From NCBI GenBank assembly GCA_963693095.2, contig OY843768.1:1888001-1952000 (forward strand): a DNA stretch of 64,000 nucleotides. Reading direction: 5' to 3'. This DNA comes from Cenarchaeum sp. Its GTDB lineage: Archaea; Thermoproteota; Nitrososphaeria; Nitrososphaerales; Nitrosopumilaceae. The position numbers and the translations under genes are program-made. The notes under the pieces were generated by a model, which had not been told where the DNA came from, did no database searches, and was given only the letters and a program-made list of their open reading frames with translations. Each line of letters begins with the position of its first letter. Within the stretch, counting starts at the first letter, position 1. Shown here in pieces: positions 20,341-30,023 of the stretch.

Positions 20341-21440
20341 TACTGACGAGCAAAAGTTCGTGCCATGATCAAACTTTCCCGACCCGCATGCTATATGGAT
20401 CGCCCCTCCCCACGCCCTGCATGGAAGGCCAAGAGCTGGAAGCGTTCCGCAGGGCACTCCGCGACGAGAGGGACGGCGACGTCAGGTACAGGTTTGCCGC
20501 GGTCAACATGCACGAGAACCTGGGGATGACGCGCGAGGAGGTCGCACTTGCGCTCGTGCAGTGCCCCAGGTGGGTCGGCAAGTGGGTCGCGCGCTACCGG
20601 AGTGGCGGTGTCGAGGCCCTGCGGGACCGCCCCCGCCCCGGCAGGCCGCCGCTGGTCGCGCGGCAGAAGCTTGGCCGCCTGATTGGCCGAATGCCCGGGC
20701 GCGTCACGCCCGCAGAGGTCATGCTGGAGATCGAGCGGGCCACCGGCGTGAGGTTCCACATGTCGCACGTCAGGAAAATAATGCGCAGGGCCGGCCTCTC
20801 CGCCAAGCGGACGCGCCTGGTGCACGTGAACAGGGCCGACGGGCCGACTGTCGCCGGCTGGCGGCGCCGGGTGCGGCGCGAGATAAGGCGCCTCAGGCGC
20901 GCGGGATTCACCATCGTAGTGCAGGACGAGACCATCGCCGTGCACGGCGCAGCCGACGGATCAAAGTACTGGTCGCGCGTGGGCGTCCCCGTCGTCGCCC
21001 CGTACACCGGGGGACACAGGAGGGTCGTGGTGTACGGCGCGATCTCCACTGACGGGAAGCAGATCTTCCGGGTGCACGACAGGTTCGACGCGGGGACGTT
21101 TGTCGCGTTCCTGCGCGACATGCGCAGGAAGTTCGGCAGGGTCGCCGTGATCGTCGACAGGGCGCCGCAGCACAGGGCCGCGGCGGTGAAGGACTATCTT
21201 CGCGCCCACAGGGCGGTGAGGCTGATCGAGCTGCCCACCGGCTCGCCGTACCTCAACGCGATCGAGGAGGTGTGGCGGCAGGCAAAGCGGGCGCTGCTGG
21301 TCTCCGAGCACTACCCCACCATGGTGGATATGCGGACGGCGGTGTCACGGCACTTCAGGCACACGAGGTACCGGCTCGACGTGATGGCATACCTGGGCCG
21401 GACGTCGCTGGAATGCGGCACGGACTTTTGATCGGCAGTA
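20341..21440 (+). mobile_element. IS630-family element type A, copy 4
   Basis: TIRs; TA duplication at a CTAG site. Confidence 0.95.
20421..21431 (+). CDS. IS630-family transposase
   Basis: DDE motifs intact. Confidence 0.95.
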   Translation: MEGQELEAFRRALRDERDGDVRYRFAAVNMHENLGMTREEVALALVQCPRWVGKWVARYRSGGVEALRDRPRPGRPPLVARQKLGRLIGRMPGRVTPAEVMLEIERATGVRFHMSHVRKIMRRAGLSAKRTRLVHVNRADGPTVAGWRRRVRREIRRLRRAGFTIVVQDETIAVHGAADGSKYWSRVGVPVVAPYTGGHRRVVVYGAISTDGKQIFRVHDRFDAGTFVAFLRDMRRKFGRVAVIVDRAPQHRAAAVKDYLRAHRAVRLIELPTGSPYLNAIEEVWRQAKRALLVSEHYPTMVDMRTAVSRHFRHTRYRLDVMAYLGRTSLECGTDF

Positions 21441-22072
21441 TAGCTCCCTGATGGCCGCAGAATTATGGTGAAGTTCTAGGAGACACTGTGCCCTCATTCT
21501 ATGGACTGTCGCGTCAGTTGGGGCAAGCGCGGCTGCCTTTCCAAGCGCGTCGGCCGCCTCGTTGAATCTTTCTAGATCGTACAGTGTCCGGCCCCTGTCA
21601 AAGTGTGCAGACGAGTCAGTGTCACCAAGGGAGATTGCGCGGTTGATTGCGTCAAGCGCCTCGGCGTGCCGTTCTAGGTGGCGCATCACCATGGACAGCA
21701 CCCTGTGGGATCCGGCGCTGTCTGGATCTAGTTTTAAAGCGCGCCTTGAGGACTCTAGGGCGTCATCATGGCGCCCTAGCTCACACTGGATGGCGCCAAT
21801 GTTGTTTAGGGACGCAATGTCTCCGGGATCAAGCTCAAAGGCGCGCTTGAACTCCTTCAGGGCGTCTGCCTTTCTTCCCTGCCTGTACAGCTCGCCTGCC
21901 CTGGTTGCGTGTTGCGCGGGTTTTGTTGGTTTTTGGTCGATCGTGCGCTCACAGTCATCTGCGGCCTTGTGGATCGCTTTGGCATCGCCGTCCTTTCCCT
22001 CACCGTGTCTGCGCCCTGCCGCCCTTTCCACGTGGCGGTTTACAGACATTTTCCTATAATAATGGTACGGGC

Positions 22073-22165
22073 ATGTTTTCGCTATTTGTGGAGATTCCAT
22101 ACCATCTAGACCAGCTTTGTCTAAACTCCCGGCGCATCGACGAGCTGTGGGAGATGACAGGCTAT
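22073..22165 (+). pseudogene. 3' relic of the long HEPN-like family
   Basis: MFSLFVEIPYHLDQLCLNSRRIDELW matches LFSVLVDIPYQLGQLHVNSGRLDVLL (33806) and LFYLFVAVPYQLGQLRANSGRLDVLL (35650). Confidence 0.65.
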
Positions 22166-22328
22166 ACGCGTGCCACTGCGAACCCAAGGCGGCGTCTTGA
22201 CTGATCTTTGCAGGGGCACAACTTGACGCGTCCAAAACCTGATCTGTGCCTGTGGGGTCTGTGTGCCATGTTTGGTCTGACCCTTGAGGTTTGATCTATG
22301 GATTTCCGCCTCGCCTGCTCTGTCACGC

Positions 22329-23663
22329 TCACCCATACGGCGTCTCCAGCGCCTTTATGACGAGCTCCATCGTGGGCGGATGGACCGGTGACGCGCTTGT
22401 CGGACTCTTTACCAGGGCGCACCTGTAATGACGACCCATGTCCCTTGCGATGAGCACGCCGCCTAGCCTCTCATTTGAGCCAATCCTTGCGCTCAGCTCG
22501 CCCAAAAAGTCGACGTCATCGACATAGTTGCGCGGGTCCTCGATTATGAGCAGCGACTGGCGCGAGCCAAAATACCCTATCTGGCTCTTGGAGAGGACCT
22601 TGCGCAACAGCCTCCTGCGCGAGTTTGTGTGGACCATCTGCCCAAACTCCATGGCCGCCACATCGCGCGACGTGTATGCCTCGATATAGCATCCGCGAAC
22701 CCGAAAGTCGGCCCTCTTGCCGGCCTCCATGGCCGGCCCCAGCTCTATCTCCGGGGTCTGGGCCGCAAGATGGACATAGAGGCGCATCTCTAGGGCAGAC
22801 TGGAGGAACTTTCTTTCGCACAGGCCGTCTCTCCAGGAGGAGAGGTCTTTTTTTGCGTGAACTGTCATGCTCCCTGATTCAATGATATTGACCATCGACT
22901 CTAGGGTGTCTAGCGTGTCTACCTGGGCGTTTTTCTTCTGTTGGGATGACATTGCCGCCGATGCGCAATAGACGATATCTGCCCTCCTTTTTAGCAGGTT
23001 TATGATCTTTTTTGGGGATAGCCCCAGAAATTTATACAGGTGTGGATAGTGGGATTTCAGCCATGGCTCTAGTGTTATGGCGGGCTCTAGGTATCTCTTT
23101 GCGTAAATGTCGCGCGAAATGTCCAGTGCCCTCTGAAACTCGTCGGCCTTGCCCTTGCGCGTGTCAATCTCGATATCGAGTGAACTGGCCCTTTTTTCGA
23201 GGAGGTCTAGGAACTTTGGCGCCAGGCTCCTGTGAGCCCCTGGGTCCTGGCCGGTGATGATTCTGCTGATTGTGCAGTTGATGATATATTCCACGAGAAC
23301 GCTCTTTACTGCTTGCTGCCCTTCTTTCTTGTCAAGGTCTAGCAGGTCACCGCACACCTCGTACATTTCGTCATATCTCTTGCGCTGCATGTATACCCTG
23401 TCGAGTATGGCCATGGCGAGGCTATAGTTTACATGGCGTGTCCTGATCATGCCGATAATGCCTGCCCTGAGTGCCCGCGTTGGGCGGTTTTTTTGGCCGA
23501 TCTGGAGGTTTAGCGTGTCCAGGCCATGCCATGCCGCTGCCAGGCCGTCATTGCCGTTTGCCGCCCTGTCGCATATGAGCTGCAGCTCCTCAAGAATGAC
23601 CCTGTCGTGGGATGTCAAGGCCTTTGGGTTCATCGGTGTTCCGGGACTGGCCTTTGGCTCCAT
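22329..23663 (-). CDS. ~445-aa protein: helical N-terminus plus REase-like C-terminal domain, copy 1
   Basis: ALEMRLY...ELGP...GKRADF...YIEAY; full-length paralogue at 39990-41330. Confidence 0.65.
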   Translation of the reverse strand: MEPKASPGTPMNPKALTSHDRVILEELQLICDRAANGNDGLAAAWHGLDTLNLQIGQKNRPTRALRAGIIGMIRTRHVNYSLAMAILDRVYMQRKRYDEMYEVCGDLLDLDKKEGQQAVKSVLVEYIINCTISRIITGQDPGAHRSLAPKFLDLLEKRASSLDIEIDTRKGKADEFQRALDISRDIYAKRYLEPAITLEPWLKSHYPHLYKFLGLSPKKIINLLKRRADIVYCASAAMSSQQKKNAQVDTLDTLESMVNIIESGSMTVHAKKDLSSWRDGLCERKFLQSALEMRLYVHLAAQTPEIELGPAMEAGKRADFRVRGCYIEAYTSRDVAAMEFGQMVHTNSRRRLLRKVLSKSQIGYFGSRQSLLIIEDPRNYVDDVDFLGELSARIGSNERLGGVLIARDMGRHYRCALVKSPTSASPVHPPTMELVIKALETPYG

Positions 23664-23956
23664 GTGCCATGGTGGTTATGGGGGCGTATATTGAACGTTG
23701 CAGCGTGAGTGTGGCCGTCAGGCGTGTGGGGCCTGCGACTGGCCTGAGGGGCAGTTCGCCGTGCCATTGTCCTATGGCCTGCGTGACCCTGTGGTGTCAT
23801 TTGCCATGGATCATGGTGTCTCAGATGCAAAAATACAGCATTTTTTTGCAAATACAGGCAACGAGCCCAGCTCTGTGGGTCACGCGTGATGCCTAGACTA
23901 TTATCCCTAATCACAATTATGAACCATGTCTCAAAAAACGTCAAAACATCATATTT

Positions 23957-24436
23957 CTAACAAACTTTGACCTGATTGAATGATATACCTGCCCTCCCCC
24001 GATCAATTTCTTGCTGAAGCATATCATCATAGTCCATCTTGGCCATGTACAGCTCGGAACCTCGCGTGTATTGAAATGCGTCAGTCGAGTCATTCCTGTC
24101 TTTGGGATCCCACAAGGCCTTGAAATTCTCAAAGTGTAGATTGGGCGGCAGATGATCCGGCGGTTGTTCTGTCTTTTGCTGCGCAAACTCGAGTTTTACA
24201 TCCAGCACGTCAAGCTCCCACTCGTTATTGGGATCAGGGTGCGCTGTTCCATATTTTGCTCGTAGCTCATCCTCGCGCTCCCATTCCCTGTCAACTGCGT
24301 CACGAACCCTTGCAGGCAGCGAATCATACTTGAAGACGCCAAACTTCATGCAGCCGATAATCTCGTTTACAGTCAGTGTGGGGTTGCCGCACTCACTGGC
24401 AAAAGTATTCTCAAACACTTCCTCCCCGTGCTCCAT
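23957..24436 (-). CDS. 'ENTFA' family protein, copy 3
   Basis: Very similar to 37113-37607 including both flanks; the last codons are frameshifted relative to it. Confidence 0.8.
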   Translation of the reverse strand: MEHGEEVFENTFASECGNPTLTVNEIIGCMKFGVFKYDSLPARVRDAVDREWEREDELRAKYGTAHPDPNNEWELDVLDVKLEFAQQKTEQPPDHLPPNLHFENFKALWDPKDRNDSTDAFQYTRGSELYMAKMDYDDMLQQEIDRGRAGISFNQVKVC

Positions 24437-24623
24437 GGCATCACTCTGTGCATCTGGCTAATAAGCCTTGAGCACACGCCACACTTGCATATATGCGCAG
24501 ACGGGCGCCTGCTGTGCACGACCACATGCCGACTGACTCCCCCATGTCAGCTCCATGGCCTATACGGAGACGGAATTTTGCCATGGCGCGCAATTGTTAT
24601 GAGGTGAGGCCTGCGCACGCCCC

Positions 24624-25422
24624 ATGGTGAAAGAGGTGGGACACTTTGAGAACAGTCCCGAATCGGGCAAGGGAGGTGGGGAGTCGACTAGAACCATGGA
24701 CGAGATCGATCATGAAATTGAACCAAACCCCGCAACCCCCGCGTCACATGGGGAAAAGGCGCGCAAGCCATACGATATGAAAAAAAATAAAGCCGCGTTG
24801 GAAGAATTTAAACTGGCATTCAGGCTATACTGCCGATCAAAAGTCCGTGCCGCCTTTCAGCGACGTCCGGTCCAGGCAGGACATCACGCCGGGCCGGCTC
24901 GGTCCCGCAGGGCCTCGACGCCGCCACTCTGGTAGCGCGCGACCCACTTGCCGACCCACTCTGGGCACTGCATGAGCGCAAGGGCGACCTCCTCGCGCGT
25001 CATCCCCAGGTTCTCGTGCATGTTGACGGCGGCAAACCTGTGCTTGACGTAGCCGTCCCTCTCGTCGCGGCGTGCCCTGCGGAACGCTTCGAGCTCTTGG
25101 CCTTCCATGCGCGGCGTTGGGAGGGGCGACCCATATAGCATGCGGGTCGGGAAAGTTTGATCATGGCACGAACCTTTGCCCGTCAGTATAGATTACCCCA
25201 ATTTGGGACAGAGCCTCCCCACAATGTCCCCAAATCCTGTTCGTGTGATGGATTGCCCAATGGGCAGAGACGACATTTGTGACATTGTCGACGCGCCGGC
25301 CCATGTCTCGACTGTCGTGCCTGGAGCCCAAGGTGGCACGCTACTGCCTCGCAGGCGTGTCAACAACTGATGTCACCTGCACGCCGGCCCCCGTTGCACC
25401 GAGTGCCGGATCTAGACGATAG
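24624..25422 (+). pseudogene. decayed TPR-A N-terminus joined in frame to the PIN-like remnant, interrupted by an IS630 mini-element
   Basis: KAALEEFKLAFRL|DY matches KADALKEFKRAFELDP. After removing 24828-25188 the frame continues into DCPMGRDDICDIVDA. There is a +1 frameshift near 25330. Confidence 0.55.
24828..25188 (-). mobile_element. non-autonomous IS630-A deletion derivative (361 bp)
   Basis: Both TIRs and the TA duplication (24826-27, 25189-90) are present; the 5' part of the transposase is joined to its last codons. Confidence 0.9.
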
Positions 25423-25524
25423 GCCGCAATTGTTGGCCATATTGGACACTGTCAGCAGGCTTGCCTGACGGCAATGCCGCCTCACCGGCCCTGGACTATT
25501 GCGCAGGTTATGGCCAGGGGCCTG

Positions 25525-27411
25525 CTAGCCCGCTTTGGCCACCGGTGGCGCCTGCGGCCGAAACCGGGGCATTGGAACATGCGCGCCGGGCTCGAGCTTT
25601 ACGGCGCGCCGATACGCGTCTATTGCCTCGTTATGGCGATCCATTCCATCCAGTGCGTGCCCGCGGCCAAGGTGCAAGTTATAGTCTTTGGGCGTGATTT
25701 TCACTGCGCGATCAAATGCGCCAAGCGCCTCGTTGTGGCGGCCAAGCCGGTATAGCGCCACGCCGTGGTTCTTGTGAGTCGCCGCGCTGCCTGGCGCTGC
25801 CTTGATGGCTTGCTCACACGCGGCCAGTGCCTCCTCATTTCGGTCAAGGTGGAGCAGTGCGGCGGCCCTGTTCTTGTGCAGGACGGCCCCGTCATCTCCG
25901 AGCGCGGCAGCCTTTGCAAACGCGTCGATGGCCTCCTCACACATACCAAGATGAATCAGTGCGGTCCCGCGACCCACATGGGCCTCGGCGCTTTTGGGAT
26001 CAAGGGAGACTGCGCGCTCAAAATGCCCGAGTGATGCCTCGGCATGATCTGGTGAGCACGTGGTGCGACCCCTGTTGATGTGGTATGTGATCCTTTTGGT
26101 GTCGCCTCTGGATGCAGATTTCTGCGCGGCGTCTAGTCTCTGCAGGATGATTTTCCTGACAGCTTTGACGCCGGGATCATTGGGTTCTAGCTCTATTGCG
26201 CGATCAAGTGACACGAGTGCGTCAATATCGTGCTCTGCCGTGCACAGGGCATAGGCGCGGCTGCGGTGGGCCTCGGCGTTGTTGGGCTCTAGGGCGATGG
26301 CCACGTCAATGGCCGCAATCGCCTCATCGGGGCGCCCAAGAAGATCCAGCGCATAGCCGAGGCCAATCTGGGCATCGACGTCTGTGGGTGACAGCTCGAC
26401 TGCGCGCTTGAAGGAGCCTAGTGCCTCCCCATGGAGATGGTGCTGAATCAACGCGTGGCCATGACTGACATGCAGGCCGGCATCTGTGGGTGATATGTCG
26501 ACTGCGCGCTTGAAGGAGTCTACTGCCTCAGTATGGCGCCCCACTGCGGTTAATATGGTTCCCCTCCCGACATGGGCGGACGCCATGTGCGGATCCAGCA
26601 CGATCGCCATGTCGACGGACACTAGCGCCTCATCATGGCGATTCATGGAATGCAGGATATATGCGCGCCCATTATGCGCATCTACACTTTTGGAGTCTAG
26701 TGCGATCGCGCGATCCATGCGCTCCAGGGCCTCTGTTCTGCGATTCAGCTTGATTAGAACACGGCCCATGCAGATGTGGCCGACAGGGTTGTTTGGATCC
26801 AAGTCGATCGCCTTGCCTAGCGCATCTAGTGCCTCTTTACGGTGACCATTCGCCGCTAGCACGTTGCCGCGAATCAAGTGGGCTGCGGCCAGCTTGGGAT
26901 CTAGCGCTATTGCGCGATCCAACGAGGCTAGCGCCTCACTGTCCGAGCCAATGTGTGCTCGATAGACGCCCATGTCAAAATGCGTTCTTGCATTATTTGG
27001 CTCTAGTGCGATCGCGCGATCAAGGGCCTTGAGCGCCTCTATATGGCATCCGAGGCCGTCCATCACCACGAACCGTATCTTGTGCGACCTGGGACGCGTC
27101 GGATCCAGATCCACTGCGCGCCCTGATGACACCATGGCATCATCATACTTGCCAAGCTCACACTCGATGACGCTCATGTTGTTTAGCGCCTCAATGTCAG
27201 TCGCATCCAGCTCGACTGCACGCCTCAGCTCCTCGAGCGCCTCTGCCTTCCTGTCCTGCCTGTACAGCTCGTCGGCCTTGATTCTATGTGACGTCGAATC
27301 TCCAGTGTCCTGCCTGCTTGCTGGCCTGGCGTTGAGCGTGACATTTAATGCCTCCCCATCACGTCCTTGCCCTCCCTGGCCGCTCCCTGATCTCCCTGCC
27401 TGCCGTGCCAT
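25525..27411 (-). CDS. TPR-repeat protein (subfamily A)
   Basis: Paralogue of 3134-4513 with a different repeat content and about 4 extra C-terminal TPRs; ATG 27411 follows ATTATTATAA. Confidence 0.9.
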   Translation of the reverse strand: MARQAGRSGSGQGGQGRDGEALNVTLNARPASRQDTGDSTSHRIKADELYRQDRKAEALEELRRAVELDATDIEALNNMSVIECELGKYDDAMVSSGRAVDLDPTRPRSHKIRFVVMDGLGCHIEALKALDRAIALEPNNARTHFDMGVYRAHIGSDSEALASLDRAIALDPKLAAAHLIRGNVLAANGHRKEALDALGKAIDLDPNNPVGHICMGRVLIKLNRRTEALERMDRAIALDSKSVDAHNGRAYILHSMNRHDEALVSVDMAIVLDPHMASAHVGRGTILTAVGRHTEAVDSFKRAVDISPTDAGLHVSHGHALIQHHLHGEALGSFKRAVELSPTDVDAQIGLGYALDLLGRPDEAIAAIDVAIALEPNNAEAHRSRAYALCTAEHDIDALVSLDRAIELEPNDPGVKAVRKIILQRLDAAQKSASRGDTKRITYHINRGRTTCSPDHAEASLGHFERAVSLDPKSAEAHVGRGTALIHLGMCEEAIDAFAKAAALGDDGAVLHKNRAAALLHLDRNEEALAACEQAIKAAPGSAATHKNHGVALYRLGRHNEALGAFDRAVKITPKDYNLHLGRGHALDGMDRHNEAIDAYRRAVKLEPGAHVPMPRFRPQAPPVAKAG

Positions 27412-27576
27412 GGCAGAGTTGGGCATGTCGTGCCTTATAATAATTGCGTATTGTGTTCGCAGCCGTGACGGGCCCATGGGCCCACACCCGTTGGCAATCC
27501 TGCACGCGCATCCCCGCCTCGTTCACGTGCGTGATGCGCACACATGATTTATTAACACAATACGCACAATCCTGCC

Positions 27577-28059
27577 ATGGAGCCCGGCGAGGTGGTATTT
27601 GAGAACACGTTTGCCCGGGCGTGCTCCAACCGCAAGCTTACTGTTGACGAAATTATCGAGGGCATGAAATTTGGCGCATTTCACTATGATCTGCTTCCCA
27701 TCGAGGTTCGTGACGCCGTTGACAGGGCGCTAGAGCACGAAGATGCGTTGGCAGCAGAGCGCGCAACGCGTGATCCTTACCATGATGACGTGTGGGAGCT
27801 TGACCTGCTAGATGTGGAGCTCGAGCCTGTCCATATGGCGCAGGGCCCTCCGGCAACTGACCCGCCCACAGAGACGCACACGGGCAACATTGTAAACAAG
27901 ACGCCAGTGCACCCCGGCAGAATCGCCGCCCTGTACCCTGAAAGATGGCCACTGACCCCTGCCATGTATACTGCCATGCCGCAGGCTATGCGGCAGGTCG
28001 CGTATGTGCCAACACGAAAAAAAATGCCAGGGATTGCCAAAAAAACAGTCACGATGTGA
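27577..28059 (+). CDS. 'ENTFA' family protein, copy 4
   Basis: First ~80 aa nearly identical to 4651-5130; the C-terminal half is strongly diverged. Confidence 0.8.
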   Translation: MEPGEVVFENTFARACSNRKLTVDEIIEGMKFGAFHYDLLPIEVRDAVDRALEHEDALAAERATRDPYHDDVWELDLLDVELEPVHMAQGPPATDPPTETHTGNIVNKTPVHPGRIAALYPERWPLTPAMYTAMPQAMRQVAYVPTRKKMPGIAKKTVTM

Positions 28060-28070
28060 TGCCTTTGGCC

Positions 28071-28382
28071 CGTCGGCGTTCTGGTAGTGCGACAGCGTGC
28101 GCCTCATGGTGTCGTTCTCCGCCTCCGGCTCGGCGATCCTCCCGTCCCGCGCCTCGACGGCCGCCTCCAGCACGGCAACCCCCTTCTGCATCTCCATGAT
28201 CCCCTGGTCGCGCCCCCCGGCCCGCTCCTCTGCGGCCATGAGCCTGCCGCCGGGCTCGGCCGCCACGTGGTCCAGGTTCGCGCCCCGTCGGCCCGCCATG
28301 CCCTGGCGGGCGGCGCCGCGGCAAATGGATCGGCAGGATTGCGCCTATTTGACCAAGTGGGGAGGGGGTGCTGACCTCATAC
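28071..28382 (-). mobile_element. IS66-family left-end fragment (TIR plus 5' tnpC)
   Basis: TIR GTATGAGGTCAGCACCC ending at 28382; coiled-coil TnpC N-terminus, homologous to 52358-52680. Confidence 0.8.
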
Positions 28383-28572
28383 CTAGTCATTGCAGTAATG
28401 TTTAATACTGGCCTTCCGGCCGAGGGTGGCGATGGCGGAAGAGTCTGAACAAGACAGCGCATGGCAGGATAGCCAAAAGTCTATGGCTCCGCTTACCTCA
28501 AAGCCTCTTGGCACCAAAGCCTACATGGCATCTGTCCAAAATGATAAAGACGAATCTGACTGAGGTGGTATC

Positions 28573-29214
28573 TTGGATAACGACAAGTCCCCCACACCTC
28601 CGGAACCTACAAGCTCACCAGACAGTCCCACGTCTAACAATAACGAGCTTTTGGCCAACACCCTGCAACACGAGATCGACATCCACTTTTGGGCCATAGA
28701 TGACCTCAACTCCAAGTCCAAGTCTGCTCTTGCTGCCGGATCATTTGCCTTGAGCGTCATGATTGCAGGTCTAGTGGGATTTATTAACCTGCTGCACCAA
28801 AACGACCATGAATATTTCATCACACTCGTGTCGCTCTTTGGAGATTATGCTGCTCTTGCACTATGTTGTGCAATTGCCGGACTCTTGGCAATACTGGCTT
28901 CCATCACACTGTCCGTCATCTCTCTCCGGCAACGTCCGGTTTACCAAATATTAAATTCTGCTGACTTTGAGGTTAAAGCCGGAAAGACCGACCCTGCGAC
29001 ACTGAAAGAATTTTCCACCAAGCGACAAGACTGGCTCTATATGCAAATCTTTGACTCGTATATTCGTGTTCTGCGCTCTCTAGAAGAGTACAATACATAT
29101 ATAACAAAATTTGTGACTGTTGGCCAGTGGGCACTTTTGTTTGGCCTTGCTGCAGGATCCATTCCAATCCTTATTGTACTGTTTGGTTTAATTAATTCAT
29201 ACCTGTCATCTTGA
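28573..29214 (+). CDS. 3-TM membrane protein, topology reminiscent of Pycsar PycTM/DUF5706-type effectors
   Basis: IDDLNSKS followed by two TMs ending S..SLR.R, a soluble loop, then K and a third TM. Confidence 0.5.
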   Translation: MDNDKSPTPPEPTSSPDSPTSNNNELLANTLQHEIDIHFWAIDDLNSKSKSALAAGSFALSVMIAGLVGFINLLHQNDHEYFITLVSLFGDYAALALCCAIAGLLAILASITLSVISLRQRPVYQILNSADFEVKAGKTDPATLKEFSTKRQDWLYMQIFDSYIRVLRSLEEYNTYITKFVTVGQWALLFGLAAGSIPILIVLFGLINSYLSS

Positions 29215-29314
29215 GTGTCCCTATGCGGAGCCTGTATTCTCCTTGGATCATCCGGCAAGTGTGTGTTCAGCCTATTTTTTGTAGAGCAATGCAAAAACTG
29301 ACGAGATTACAAAC

Positions 29315-29761
29315 TTAGACTGGGCTTTTGGGAGCTTTTGTGTCGGGGAATTTCTGCTTGAACTTTTCAGCCTGTGTCTCATAACGCTTTGGAATAACAA
29401 AGAAATGTTGGAACAATTCGTTCAACATCTCAAGCATCCATTCGGCCTCGCCAGGCTCGACATTTACAATAAGGCCGGTGTGCAGATCACGTTCTCCATG
29501 GGCGCCACGATTCCCCGCCATTCTAATTTTGCCGACTCCCTCGTGAAGGTGAGCAGGAAGCTCTTTTGACTCTAACAGTTTTTTAATGTCGTCAGACAGC
29601 CGCTCTTTCTTGATCGAAAGACAATGGCGAATGAGCGTCTGCAGGCATCGTCGAGCCAATGCGGCACTAGCATTGGGGCTAATCGGCAACACCTCCATGG
29701 CCTCTATATAGTCTGCCATGATCTCCTCGGGCACATATTTAACAGCATGCACTGCCTTACG
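29315..29761 (-). pseudogene. DUF4145 (HEPN-like) gene, 5'-truncated by an IS66 end
   Basis: SPNASAALARRCLQ...IRMAGNRGAH; lacks the CPHC N-terminus of its paralogues and abuts the TIR at 29762. Confidence 0.8.
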
Positions 29762-30020
29762 GTATGAGGTCAGCACCTGGACCGCACGCATGACCCTTGG
29801 CCACCACGCCCTTCTCCATGCCCCCCCACGTCAGGAGGCACGTCAGGAGGATCGACATGCGCCTGGCCGCCGCCGCGCCGCCCTTGAGCCGGGCCGCTCA
29901 CCCTGCGGCGCACGACCACGTCGCGCAGCTCCCTCTCTGCGGCGTTGTTTGTGGGCGCGACGCCGGCGTGCTCGAAGGCGAACAGCCGCGGCAGGGCGCG
30001 GCAGAGCCTGGCCGACGCGC
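29762..30020 (-). mobile_element. IS66-family right-end fragment (3' tnpC plus TIR)
   Basis: Minus strand encodes LFAFEHAGVAPTNNAAERELR (IS66 C-terminal motif); TIR GTATGAGGTCAGCACC at 29762. Confidence 0.8.
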
Positions 30021-30023
30021 GCC

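Larger units (their letters stand above)
18602..22049 (-). pseudogene. large TPR-repeat gene (subfamily A) split by IS630
   Basis: Removing 20341-21440 and one TA restores ...AAIRELDREILLEPS..., collinear with LKSLDREIALEPN of 48239-49909. Confidence 0.9.

Noticed and set aside
29828-29851. 12-bp direct repeat cacgtcaggagg x2
   Set aside because: It encodes LLTCLLTW in the IS66 transposase tail and is not a separate element.
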